Program-made: the position numbers and the translations under genes | The notes under the pieces: model-generated | Told to the model about the DNA's origin: nothing | Databases searched by the model: none | What the model saw: the letters and a program-made list of their open reading frames with translations, nothing else | Shown here: one piece after another, positions 30,501-53,952 of the stretch | How the letters are laid out: the number at the start of each line of letters is the position of its first letter | Position numbering within the stretch: position 1 is the first letter of the stretch | Source of the DNA: the human T2T-CHM13v2.0 reference genome, Homo sapiens | Length of the DNA: 64,000 nucleotides | NCBI RefSeq assembly: GCF_009914755.1 | Contig: NC_060932.1 | Direction: 5' to 3' (one strand)

Positions 30501-31293
30501 GCTCCTGGGCCTCCCAGCCCTCCAGTGGCCTGTGGGTGAGGGAAGCCAGAATGACACAAAGCAATGCAAAGACAAGATTGCCATGCAAATGGATGGTTTT
30601 GGACATACGAGTCTTCTCCGCACATACATGTCTAAAGTTGAGTTTTATACACTGAATGTGGAAGAACCGGGTATCATATCTTTTTTAAAAAATGTCAGTG
30701 TAGAAAACATTTGGGAAACCATTTTCCTACATGATAGAACTGCCTTACTAGATTTCTATTTGTAGCTCTCATTCATTGTTTTTTATCTTAGTTTGCAGAA
30801 AGGTGTTGAAATGCTTCTCTAGCCCAAACAGCGACATGCTAAAGTCCCCTTCTTCAGAGTCAATAGAGTAGTTGTTAAAGGTTTTAAATTGTACTTTCTC
30901 CAAAATTAGCATGCAGCTATTTAATAGGGAATCTAGATTTCACCAAGATTCAAATCAAAGCAACATTTAAAGGAATAAGACCTGTTCACTAGCATTTTCA
31001 AGGGGGTTCTAAAGCATTCAAGTGCTTAAAAGCCATAAAAAATGACTTCTTAATTCCTGCCTTTAGTGTCAACTTTTAAGTTAATACAGGTTTCAATTGT
31101 GGCATTAGGAAAAAAAAAAAAACCTTGTGATGCTATGGTTGGGGGTAGTTAGGGAGAGACTACATGAAATTGTGTGCCCCTATTTTCTTTCTGATCCTAA
31201 ATCATTTTGTTTTATAAATCAGCTATAGCATCTTTCTAGAATTAATCCTGAATATGTTGAATGTTAAAATAGAGAAGTTTGTATATACACATA

Positions 31294-31299
31294 ATTAAA
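31294..31299 (+). terminator. Candidate proximal polyadenylation signal ATTAAA
   Basis: ATTAAA with an upstream TGTA motif (31280) and downstream GU/U-rich ggtgtctgttttt. Confidence 0.5.
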
Positions 31300-31691
31300 A
31301 ATCAACCCTTCTGGCAAGATTTCACTTTGAAGGTGTCTGTTTTTAAGGGAAGGCTAAAACTTTGCTGATATGTGATAAAACTTGAACTCTAAATTGCCTC
31401 CTTAGCCTGAATTTTTACTAGCTTTCTAGTGTAACATATTCTAAGGACATGACATGCTGCTTATTTGGGGGGATTATTTTTCACCAAAATGATCATCTTG
31501 TGTTGTAACTTTTCAGCTCACTTGTATATACGCATGTTTTCATTTTTGGTCTAGAAAATAGTGCATTTTGGGGCTCAGCGTGCAGAGGAAATTCCTCAAA
31601 GTGCCAAATTAGGCAGTCAGGAAATACTAAATTCTTCATTCCAAATAATGGATCTGAATGATGACGTTAATTTTTTATCATGCATTAACAA

Positions 31692-31697
31692 AATAAA
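31692..31697 (+). terminator. Canonical polyadenylation signal AATAAA
   Basis: AATAAA followed about 15-22 nt later by CA dinucleotides and a U-rich tract (tttcttttcatt). Confidence 0.8.
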
Positions 31698-31949
31698 ATA
31701 TGAGAATTGTACCACAGCCATTTCTTTTCATTAGGTTATCGTAATGTATAGGTACTGGTGGAATGGACCTACCGTGCTAAATATGTTATAGACATATATA
31801 TATATATATATATTTCTGGTAATCCAACTTTTCTGATTTGTAGCTTTAGTCAGAGAATAGGATTTTGGAGTGACAGAGAATGTCTAACAGTAATACTGTT
31901 GATATACATTTGAGAAATACTATCACCTCTGTGTGGGTGTGCATTTGTA

Positions 31950-33140
31950 CTGTATGGCAGGCTCTGTGCATTTAATATATATGATATCCTTTAACCCTCA
32001 ATGCAACCTTGCAAGGTAGATATTAACGTCCACATTTTTCAGATGTGGAAACTAAGCCTGAGCAAGTTTTAAAATGGTCTCTAAATTCACACGGCTGCAG
32101 GAACTACTCGGTGAAATAGGCTGAATGTAAACACAGGTTTAACGCTAAATCCCATGTTACTCCCCTCAACTTTTCCCCATTTAAGGACCTTATATTGAGG
32201 GTTTATTCTGAGCCAGGCTGTATGCTAAGACTTTACGCCATTTGTCCTTATTTACCTGTGAAGTCAATACGGTCATTATCTCCATTTTACAAATGAGGAA
32301 ACTGACTTGTAAAGTGGTTAGTCATATGCCCAAGGCCACAAAACTAATAAAGTGGGAAACCTTACCACTGGCTTAAAAAAATTTTTTATAGCATCTTTAA
32401 AAGATGAGTCTTAAATGCTTTCTGTGCTCAGGTATTCATTAAGTGACAAAAGAAGAAGGAATACCTTTCGAGAAATGGTATCTCCTTTTGAGAAATGGTA
32501 TCTTCTTCTTGCCTGCTTTACCCATTATCTTGGACCCTGGCATAATAGAACTTCCCTTCAGCCAACCTAAGCACCAGAGAAGCATTTCTCTGTATCTATT
32601 GCACACGATCTCCTCTTGGCTGTGAGGAAGGAAGGAAAGAAGGGAGAGAGGATTTCCTTCTTTGGTTCCCATCACCCTAAGTTCAAAAGCCAAAGGCCAT
32701 GAGAGCTTTCCCTTAGCTACTCCTCCAGCCCACCCCTGACATCTTTACACAGCAATTAAAAAGACTACCCCTACCTTCCTGGGGACCCTATCTCACTCCC
32801 TCCAGCCCTTGCACATGTACTTTCTTCTTCGTGGAAAGAAGAATGTTCTGTCTTACTGTTGCCTGGAAAATTCTTTCTTCATGTAAACTCCCTTTAGAAA
32901 TTATCTCCTCTGAGAAGCCTTCACCAGCTCCCCAGTTCTAGGATTGATGCCTCTTCTCTAAATTTACATGGATCCTTAAGTCCTCCCTATGCCCCATTAG
33001 AGCACTGATGACATTTACTTTGAAATTCCCCTGTTACATGTCTGTTTGCCTAAGTAGACTCTAAGCATCTGCAGAACAGGGGCTATGTCTTAGTATCCAG
33101 GGTATTTTCTTCACCTGGCACAATTCCTGCCACAGAGTAG
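31950..33140. mobile_element. Two MIR fragments (minus; ~31950-32170, ~32190-32360) and an L2 3' fragment (~32800-33140)
   Basis: cacatttttcagatgtggaaactaag; tccattttacaaatgaggaaactga; agactctaagcatctgcagaacaggggctatgtct. Confidence 0.65.
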
Positions 33141-33141
33141 T

Positions 33142-34235
<1,094 letters not shown>

Positions 34236-34534
34236 AGTCATTTCCAATCCACGAAGAGTAGGTACCCACTATTTGTTGAATAAAGCCCTATTGAAAGCTT
34301 TTTAGCTATCCAGATGCAAATTACTGGCCAACCTTTGGGTAGAATTATAAAATTCTGCCCAAAATTCTACCAAATTACTGGTACTTGTAAAATTCTACCA
34401 AATAACTGGCCAACTTTTGGGTAGAATTGTAAAAATTAAGTTGTAAATAAAGCCTATTGCCTAACAGGAACTTCAAAGTCAGAGAATCCTAAAATGATTG
34501 TGCTACACAGGGCCACATAGAGCACAGCTTTGTC

Positions 34535-36735
<2,201 letters not shown>

Positions 36736-37429
36736 CACATTTTTTAAAACAATGACTTTAGGGTTTCAGCTTTTCCTGTCTTTTAAAACAAATTAGTCAT
36801 TTTTTATTCTAAGAAAGGGTTGTATTATAAAGCTGACCTACTACTAGCTTATCAGAAAAAACACGTGGGTCTCATATCTGATTCTCCTATGTAGCCAAAA
36901 GTGCCATTTGTAAGTCTACTAAATGACGGATATTTTCTGAAGATCTTTTGCCTGGAAAACAAATAGTGCATTAAAAAGCTTTTTTGGTACTCTGCTGGAT
37001 TCAGAATTATTTTCTCCCTACCTAGGTCAGTATTGATGGGTGTAATAGAATATTTTATGTGGAAAAATACTATGTGATTGTTTACTACTCTGGGAGAATG
37101 TTAATTTTTTTCCCAATGAATTAGGAAATCAATACATAATTTCATGTGTGTATGGGTTACTGTAAAGTATTGGGTGAGAGGTTATTCAGACTACACTCAA
37201 TAATAACCAAAAATATTTTTGAATTTTCTGTAATTTATTCACTTATTCATTCTTTCATTCAGGAAACATTACTGAGGACTTGGGTTTTGCTGAACATTGT
37301 ATATAGGTACTATAAATACAAAAATGAGTAGACATGCCCTTGGACCCAGATAATCCTTTGAGAGTCACCTTTGAGCCTGAATCCTGGAAGTCTCCACATA
37401 TAGGAGTAAATAAAAAATCATCGTGTTAA

Positions 37430-38400
37430 AACAGGTGGCTTAATGCTAGAAACCTCCATCCAACCCAAGCACCAGAATACAGATAATAATTCACATTTAC
37501 CTATATTCTTTTTCCCAGCCACTTTTTCTTATCCAAGGAAAACACAACGATGAACATTGAGTTTATAATTTTCTTGCTTTTTTTTGTTCTTAAGGGTTGT
37601 TTATGTTTTTAAAAAAATGAACTTCATTAAAACAGCACCAAGTTTTATATAATCTTCTAGGACTTGGTTGTTTTCATCCAGTATTAATATTATTAAGTTT
37701 CTTTCAAATGTTTGTGTATAGTTGTGATTCATTCATTTATCACAGCTTCATAAATTTCCAGACCACCAATTATTTATCTATTTTCTTGTCTGTGGGCTTT
37801 TGGGTGGTTTCCATTTTTGTTTTCATAAGTGGGGTTACTGTGAACATTCTCATAGCATCTCCTGGGGGTCCAAGTGAAGGAGTTTCCCTTAGGAATCCAC
37901 TTAGGAGAAAAATTGCTGAGTCATAAGAAATGTGAATGCTCAACTTTACAAAGTCGCATCTAACTAGCCTCCAAATTGGTTGAAGTAAAATGTAAAAGTG
38001 ATGCATATGCCGGGTGCGGTGGCTCATGCCTGTAATCCCAGCACTTTGGGAGGCCGTGGCAGGTGGATCACTTGAAGTCAGGAGTTCGAGACCAGTCTGG
38101 ACAACATGGTGAAACTCCATCTCTATTAAAAATACAAAAATTAGCCGGGCATGGTGGTGCATGCCTGTAGTCCCAGCTATGCGGGAGGCTGATGCAAGAG
38201 AATTACTTGAACACAGGAGGCAGAGGTTGCAGTGAGCTGAGATCCTACGACTGCATTCCAGCCTGGGCGACAGAGCGACACTCTGTCTAAAAAAATAAAA
38301 AAGCGGGGGTCAGGGGAGATGTATAGTAATCAATATCTTCTCCAACACTTGACGTTTGAAACTTCTTAATTTTGATCAAATGAGTGTTTATTTTGTCATT
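37430..38400 (-). mobile_element. Degenerate L1ME-type fragment containing a sense Alu (38009-38300)
   Basis: ggtttccatttttg...actgtgaacattct...aaattgctgagtcataag...tccaaattggttg...tccaacacttga. Confidence 0.6.
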
Positions 38401-39107
38401 GATACTAAGGATTCTACATTGCTGCAAAGCTAGTAAACTTTAAAGCACAGAAACCCTAAGAAGTAGTTTGCCATCCTAACTTACTACATCACTGTCTTTA
38501 TAATACCCAGGATGTCTTGAAACTTTTACCTTACAATTCTGTGACTTGAGTGAGGCCAGGATTATTAGGAATTGGTATGACATATTCAGGAACATGCAAC
38601 AAATGATTTATTAAGTGCCTACTATGGCCAGTCACTTAATATTTGGCCAACAGCAGTAAGTAAGACAGATCCCTTTCTCCCTTTCTTTATGAAGCTTGCA
38701 TATTCTTTGGGGAGACAGACAATAAGTAAGTTATATAAATGAAATAGTTAATTTTAGATAGGGGTAAGTGCTAAGGAGTAAATAAAACTGAATGAGTGAT
38801 AGAGAATGACCAGGTTTCGAGAGGTGAAAGAAAAACGGGGCTTCCGGGTCTACAATTCCAGTGAGGCACCATTAACATTACAATCTATAAGAACAGCACT
38901 TTCTGAGTTATGGAGTGCAACAGCCCTGAGCAAAAGCCTCTGCAAACCTGATGGTTTGAGTTAATGCCTAAAGTATGGGAATGAGCCAGCCCTAGAGAAA
39001 TCTGGAAGAAAAGCGTTGCAGAGAAAACAGGAAGTCTAAAGGAACCAAGATTGTAAAGATCATAGTGGTTAAGAGTGTGGGCTCTGGGGACATAAAGTCC
39101 AGGTTTA

Positions 39108-39735
<628 letters not shown>

Positions 39736-40388
39736 ATGAAGTCCAGGTTTAGATTCCTGCTGTAACACTCAGGAGCACATCCAGTTACTCAGTCTCTCCA
39801 GGCATCAGTTTCCTTATCTGTAAAAGGGGGATAACAGTACCTACTCTATTTGACTACTGTGAGGGTTAAATTAGATGATGCAGGTAAAATGCTTATCCCT
39901 GTGCCTGACCCATAATACCTAATCAATAATTGAATGTTTTTCTTGTTTTCGTACCTACTAAACAAAAGAGAAAATGCACTCTAGAGAAGTGATTTGCCCC
40001 AAAACTCACACCAACTAATGTGTAGCTGGGACTAAAATTCATGCTCAGAAATTCTCAGCCCAATGCTTTTCTTCAGCCCATCTTCTACACCTTAGTTTTC
40101 TCATTTTTAAGTGGGATAATAATCTCATGTGAAGTATTGTAGTAATCTCTTATTAAGGCTAATGAATGAATACATGTAAAGCTTTAGTACAGTATCTGGC
40201 ACCTAGTAGGTGCTCCTAAATTAACTATAGGTATTGTTATCATTATTAATACTATATTATGTTAATTACCTGTCATCTTGGCAGGCCCACACTAATGCAC
40301 AAGAACATTACATTGTCTATACGTTTATATCTTCACCGGCAATATGCATTTTAGCTGTTCTAATTATCATAAGACAATAATAAAAGTG

Positions 40389-40741
40389 TGATATAGTTTG
40401 TCTCTGTGTCCCCACTCAAATCTCATCTGGATTTCTAATCCCCACATTTCAAAAGAGGGAGGTGATTGGATCATGGGAGTGGTTCCCCCATGCTGTTCTC
40501 GCGATAGCGAGTGAGTTTTCATGAGATCTGACGGCTTTATAAGGCGCTCTTCCCCCTTTGCTTTCTCTTCTCCCTCCTGCCGCCTTATGAACAGGGTGAC
40601 TGTTTCCCCATCGGCCATGATTTTAAGTTTCCTGAGGCCTCCCCAGTCATGCTGAACTGTGAGTCAATTAAACTTCTTTCCTTTATAAATTACCCAGTCT
40701 CGGGTAGTATCTTTATAGTGGTGTGAGAATGGACTAATACA
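40389..40741 (+). mobile_element. THE1 (THE1C/D-like) MaLR solo LTR
   Basis: TG...CA termini; ctgtgtccccactcaaatctcatct, gtttcctgaggcctccccag, aactgtgagtcaattaaac, tttataaattacccagtctcgggta, ggactaataca. Confidence 0.9.
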
Positions 40742-40927
40742 CTGGCAATATGCATGTTAGTTGTTTTAATTGTCATAAGACAATAATACAAGTATTAGAA
40801 AAATACATATGATAAACTCTATATTCAATTGAGTACGGTAAAGGAAATCACCCATTCTGTTGCTTTCCCTATATTCCTCAGGTACTGAGAAAGAAATTAA
40901 CGGGTTGGTATAAAATGTAGCTTTGCT

Positions 40928-43963
<3,036 letters not shown>

Positions 43964-44954
43964 CTCACTTTCTCGGTGTTGCTGTTGGAGACCACACCCA
44001 GCCCCCTCCTGAGCAGCAGGGATCTAGGGCTCATTCCTGTAACTTGGTGGTTGCCATTACATCCTTGCTTTTCTTCTGCAGGCATTGGTGATTGCACCTG
44101 CTTTCCTCTTTCTTCTCAACATCACTGCCTATCATTTGGTTCATTGCTGGGTTTTCCTTGCTCCCAAACTGGGAGTGTAGTAGCTTATTTTTCAGATTCC
44201 TTTGTAGGTTTTATTCTGGAAGCCAACACCCAGACCCTTTGTTTTTATCCATGTATTTTGTTTCATTTCATTCAACACGATGATTGACTCTTTGATTTGC
44301 TGGAGACCTTTGCTATGGTAAATATTAAATTGCAACACCACAGGTGGGCAACCAAAAAGTAACCTGGCAAGTCGTGGAGCTCTAGAGTATTGGAACTACA
44401 TCAATGAATTCTTACATGCCCAGGGCCTAAAACGGTCAGCACAAAGCCTCTTGATGAGCATTTGTTAATGAAAGTATATGTTTGTAAACATTTCTGCAAA
44501 TTTGTAAATATCCCTTGCCCTTCCTGAAATGTAAGTGGGCCTAGAATTGAAGTCTTGCTGAAGTCTGTTTCTTGCCTCCTTTCTCAGATGGCCTGTAAGA
44601 GACATTCTACTCTCTTTTCATTCATTCCTGGAAGCGAGCTTGTATCTTCTCTTTCCCTAGGTCCTTCTTAAGACACCCATAGGGCCGGACTGACATCTGG
44701 TGGAGGACAGGAGACCTTTAACCTGGTGTCTTTCTTAGAGTTCAGAGAGAATAAAGTATGGGTTTACCCCAAGGATGGAGGAGAGGCAGAGACCTTTTTA
44801 ATTTTTTTTTTCAAGATCTGAGGTCACCGAACCACCATAAAATGAATCAAGCCAAATCCTCAGGATTCCAGACTCTAGAAAGTTTCTCACTGACAATATC
44901 AATAGTTATTGAACATCTATGATGTGTCACGCACATGCTAAGTGTTTTCTGAGC

Positions 44955-45413
44955 TGTGAAAGGAAGATATCTTGGGCCCTCCAAATCACTAAGGAAAACT
45001 CAAGCTGGAAACTGCTTAGGGCAAACCTGCCTCCCATTCTATTCAAAGTCACCCCTTGCTCACTGAGATAGATGCATATCTGATTTCCTCCTTTGGAAAG
45101 GCTAATCAGAAACTCAAGATGATATAACCATTTGTGTCTCACCTATCTGTGGCCTGGATGCTCCCTCCCGCTTGGAGTCTTCCTGCCCTTGCTTCAAGTT
45201 GTTCCACCTTTCCAGACCAAACCAATGTACTTCTTACATATATTGATTGAGGTCTCATGTCTCCCTAAAATATATAAAATCAAGCTGTGCCCCAACCATC
45301 TTGGGCACATGTCGTCAGGACTTCCTGAGGCTGTGTCATGGATGTGTCCTCAACCTTGGCAAAATAAGCTTTCTAAATTAACTGAGACCTGTCTGAGATG
45401 TTCTGGGTTCACG
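44955..45413 (+). mobile_element. MER4A-like ERV1 solo LTR
   Basis: tgtgaaaggaa...aactgcttagggcaaacctgcctcccattctattcaaagtcacccc...ctcactgagatagatgcatatctgatt...ttctaaattaactgagacctgtct. Confidence 0.85.
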
Positions 45414-45506
45414 GTACATTATGAAGTATATTATTTACTTTGTGTACATAGTCCCATGTAATCACTTTCTAATACCTCTCACAATGCTTCATCAATTCCA
45501 CCTTAA

Positions 45507-47612
<2,106 letters not shown>

Positions 47613-48929
47613 TTATTCTGCTGAAAGACTAACTCCCAGGTTTACACAGCGACGATGATGGCAGACCTGGAACATGAATCAGGTGTTTCTGACTTCAGGA
47701 CCAGTACTTTTGTTCACTACATTTTTCATCAGCTTAGGGCGAAGCACTGAAGGTGCCTCCTGCAAGGATCAATGCTAAGGTACAAGGACTCAGGATTGAA
47801 TAATGTATTAGCCTTGGGCTTTTACAGATTAAGGATGTTGGGAAATTACAGAACCACAGTATGAAGCTCTAGAGGGAGTGCTGGAGGGTCAGAGCAGTGA
47901 GATGTGCTGTAAATAGGAAAACAAATCATGAGGTCAGAAGTCAAAAGAAGAGAATAGGGCAGAAGCATAGAGCCACAGAATTTACACTAGGAAAAGGGCT
48001 CAAGCTGGAGACTGAACCATAGGAGGATGCTAGAAGCCAGCTTTCATCTGATGTGGGTTAAGGGGGCCACCAGGATAGAGAGGACCCAACAGGGTAGACT
48101 TGAGACAAGGGATGAGGATATCAGAGAAACCACCAAAACTTCCTACAAATACTAGCCCAAAATGTCTTTGCCATGACTATGAAGAGTGGAAATGTCCAAT
48201 AGATCAAGACTAGGTAAATTATCACTTGGGGTGATCATATTTGGGATTCTTGGTTATTCCAGAAAGATCAACCCCAATTCTTCTGAGCACCAATCATATG
48301 TATTTTAATTGTTCACTCAGCTCTCAATGGTATAGACATACAAATAGCTGCCTATACTATTGAATTATTAAATGCACATTGTTGAATATATTTTTCGATC
48401 CCCCAGTACCTATTCCTATTCTTTTGCTAAACCTGTATTTTGGGAGTAAATTGCCTTTCCTTCATTTTGTGTGGTTCTTGTGAGATATCTATCATGGTGC
48501 CCCAGTCTCTCCTAGTGAAAATGAGTCCCATACCCAAGCTATACCAATTAACATTCCCTTCCAGGACTTTGAATTTTGAGCAGAAGAATATAAAGGTATA
48601 GAAAAGAGTTGAAGTTTATTCACCCAGGTGGTTCCCCAGGCCTGTCTTGGTTGCTTTCCTCTCTGAGCATGGTCCTAGAGCTTTTGGATGAAATCTGTGG
48701 ACTATAGTGGCCTTTCGTGACGTAGGGAGTAAATAACTCATGATTAGGACAAGGTGGTTGAGTAAGCTTGGAAGAGCCCACGGTATCAATTCCACAGAGG
48801 AAGTGGAGACCAAGCACCAGACACAGAATCAGGCATCTGCCAAAGAATTCAAGCAAGAATGCAAGCAATCAGATTCAGAAGGTGTACTGTGGAAAAGATT
48901 GCCTGATTAATTCAGAAAAGAGTGGTAGA

Positions 48930-49610
48930 TCAGTCATAATGTTTCTTGCTTGCAAGTGACAGAAAACCAGCTTGAACCAGTTTTAAGAGAAAAGAAAAAG
49001 GCTGTATTGCTTTAGTTAACCACATTGCAACAGGAACAATGATTAAATAATTTATCATCCACCTGGGGCACTTCCGAGACTGAAAGAGCTACACTTCTGA
49101 GAAAGAAAGTTAATGATTAAGCTGGAACAACAGGTGTAAACTGGGACAAATGGGCCCTATACCCATTTGGATGTCTTCTCATCCTAGTGTAAGGAAGTTA
49201 TGATGAATAAACCTGAAAGGCTGCCTGCCAGGGGTCTATCTCTCTCTCTGTATCTTTCTCTTTGTCTCTCTCTCTTTGTGTGTGTGTATGCACAGCTGAC
49301 AGAAGCTCTGGGCTCGAATTCTTACAGGTTACCAATCAGAAAGGAAAGGATACTTCTTTTGTTTGCTCCAGTGTAAAATATCTTGTCCAAGAATTCCAAG
49401 TAGTCTGACCTACATCACATACTATCCCTGGGCCAATTTCTGTGGATAAAGAGATGGATTCCTAACCTACCATGGGTTCATCTGGGTCACATGTGTTTAC
49501 TGTGTTGAAGACATAGGAGTCCTATGAATCCATAGTCCCAATAATTTGGAGCAGCACTTCCTTGAAAGAAAGGCTTTTCTGGAAGACAAAACCATAAATA
49601 TCCACTCAGG
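48930..49610 (-). mobile_element. Old MLT1J/K-like LTR remnants
   Basis: ttgcttgcaagtgacagaaaaccagcttgaaccagttttaag start motif; ctgggtcacatg near the end. Confidence 0.5.
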
Positions 49611-50143
49611 CAGCCTTTTATAGAGTGTCTCTGCCAAGTCCACTTGCAGTATGGGAACCGTTAAGTGTTACATAAAACATTCTGGAGCTACCTGGGAAAG
49701 GATTGAACGATGACCCTTGAGACCTTGGAAGCCCTTTGCAATCTGCTTTAACAAAGAGCCATGGGGCCGCTCTATCCCTTTATAGTCTTGTATATAATTG
49801 CCCATTGCGGGTATGTGAGTCCCCAGGGCTCAGTGTTCCTATAAGCCACTAGCACCTCTCAAATGAAATGATGGTGGTAATGTAGGGAGAGGAATAGATC
49901 TGATTTTGTGGTGCTCTTCTCATTTGGCTTTGCCCTGAAAAGCCACTGGCAGAGCCACAGCACCCTGGGCACCTTGGGCTTTCATTGAGGAGTTGGGGAA
50001 CAGAAAGGAAAGCAAGGACTCCATAGAAAAACTTTACGAAAGAGGGCAGCTAGAGGCAGACTTCCCTTCCAACCAAGATTGGCTAGGCTCCCAGTTCTAC
50101 CTGCCCCGGCTCCTGTTTCAGCTCCATTGTTGGAAAGTACAAC

Positions 50144-50600
50144 TGTGATGGTTAATACTGAGTGTCAACTTGATTGGATTGAAGGATGTAAAGTATTAAT
50201 CCTGGGTGTGTCTGCAAGGGTGTTGCCAAAGGAGATTAACATTTGAGTCAGTGGGCTGGGAGAGGCAGACCCCCCTTAATCTGGATGGGCACCATCCAGA
50301 TCAGCTGCCAGCGAATATGAAGCAGGCAGAAAAATGTGAAAAGGTTAGACTGGCCTAGCCTCCCAGGCTACATCTTTCTCCCATGCTGCATGCTTCCTGC
50401 CCTGAAATATCGAACTCCAAATTTCTTCAGTTTTGGACTCGAACTAGCTCTCCTTGCTCCTCAGCCTGCAGATGGCCTATTGTGGGACCTTGTGATTGTG
50501 TTTCTGAGTTAATACTTAATAATCTCTCCCTTATATATGTGTGTGTGTGTGTGTGTATATACACACTATATATTCTGTTCCTCTAGAGAACCCTAATTCA
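50144..50600 (+). mobile_element. MLT2A (HERV-L) solo LTR, probably MLT2A2
   Basis: tgtgatggttaatactgagtgtcaacttgattggattgaagg...ctctagagaaccct; TG...CA termini; perfect 5-bp TSD ACAAC (50139-50143 and 50601-50605); internal (TG)n. Confidence 0.92.
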
Positions 50601-51439
50601 ACAACCGTTTATGATGAAACTTGGAACAAAGAGAGGCGCTACTTTTTGCCACCGTGATAGGATCCTCTCTACCTTGCAGAAGAGTTCTTGGTGGCTAAAA
50701 CTCAACAAGAATCTGCTTGTCCCCAGCCCAGACTTTCTCTGGGAGAAAAGGAATGGATAAACGTATGGAAGATTGATTGAGTGACTGTGGGCTCCCACCC
50801 AAAGAGATGATTCAGTCCAGTGGCAGGGAGAAGAGTGAGACCCAGTGGAACGTGATTTCGCAATGGGCCCGTTGCCACGACAGGGAACACACTGTTTACT
50901 AAAGAGAGCTCTTCAACCTCTCAGTCATCTTTGCCTTCCAGAAAACTGTAGCCTCAACTCTAGTAAGTAATCCACCGGCTCAGCCCAAGCCCTGTTGGAG
51001 CGGATAGGGCTATCCTTGCCACAGTACTGAACAGCAGGAATGTTGCTCGCAAACCCTGCCCTTTGGAAGTAGCCAGCAAGGCTGAAAGTGCTCAACCACT
51101 CTTTGGAATGCCACATTGTATATGGGAAGTTCCATAATGCGCTACTAATAAGTAAAGTTTCTCTTGCTGGGTTGTAAGTATCTGGGCAAGTCACAGGAAA
51201 TTCTTCTTGGAACTAAGCAATATGGGAATAAACACACGTATTAACATCTGCTCATGATAACTAGCTAATGAAATAGCCCACTTTGGCCCAGAGTTCGGGA
51301 TAATGAAACAAATGACTGGTGGTTAATAAATCGCTTCAGTGCCGGTATATGTTCACTGTACATCTTGTGTGTCCCGTGTGTTCATTTGTTCTTTCAATTG
51401 ATTCTTCTTTCATTGTCCAAGACACAGTCTTTGTTTTTA

Positions 51440-51980
51440 AACTTTTTATTCACATATGCACTGGTTGCTGTGGCCTCCTTCTGGACTGAGACACTCATTT
51501 ACCTGGCTGCTAGGAGTGCTGGTGGTCAGTAGCTCTCATCTGAGCCTCTCTCCAAAAATGACCTCTGCTAAAGAGAGCTGCCTGGTTCAAGGTCATGCTC
51601 CCTTCCCTATGGTAGCCCACAATTTTAAAGAAAGGACTGACTACATTGCAAATACTTGAAGACACCTCTTAAAAAATTGATATGTAATCAATGTGGACAT
51701 GTAAAGACCCAGCCCTTAAAGCCCAATTTAAGATAACCTGGAAGGGCCACTTGCTGGCTACTTCCACAGGGCAGGGTTTGTAGCGGAAAAGCCATCACAG
51801 CTCCAGAGTTTCCAGTGGGCTTGACTGAGGCCTTTGACTGTCTCTCGGTTCATCTGCTTGCTGTGCTCATTGCTGCCTTTCTTCTTTCACAGATACTGTT
51901 CCTAAGAGCATCTGCCCCAGTCAACTTCTCATCCACAGATATTAATCTCAGTCAACCTCCAGGTAACCTGACCCCTGATG
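51440..51980 (+). mobile_element. LTR16-like ERVL LTR
   Basis: aagagagctgcctggttcaaggtcatg...gaagggcca...tgactgaggcctttg...cctaagagca...aatctcag...aacctgacc. Confidence 0.55.
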
Positions 51981-52005
51981 CTATATAACGTAAACCCTGA
52001 AAAGT

Positions 52006-53952
<1,947 letters not shown>

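Larger units (their letters stand above)
30501..31715 (+). other. DEPTOR: DEPTOR 3' UTR
   Basis: About 1.2 kb of repeat-free AU-rich sequence after the stop codon, ending near AATAAA at 31692. The end position is inferred. Confidence 0.85.

Noticed and set aside
30344-30655. 103-aa ORF overlapping the DEPTOR exon, and the antisense ORF 30422-30625
   Set aside because: Different frame or strand from the real exon; it begins in the polypyrimidine tract and is a shadow of GC-richer coding sequence.
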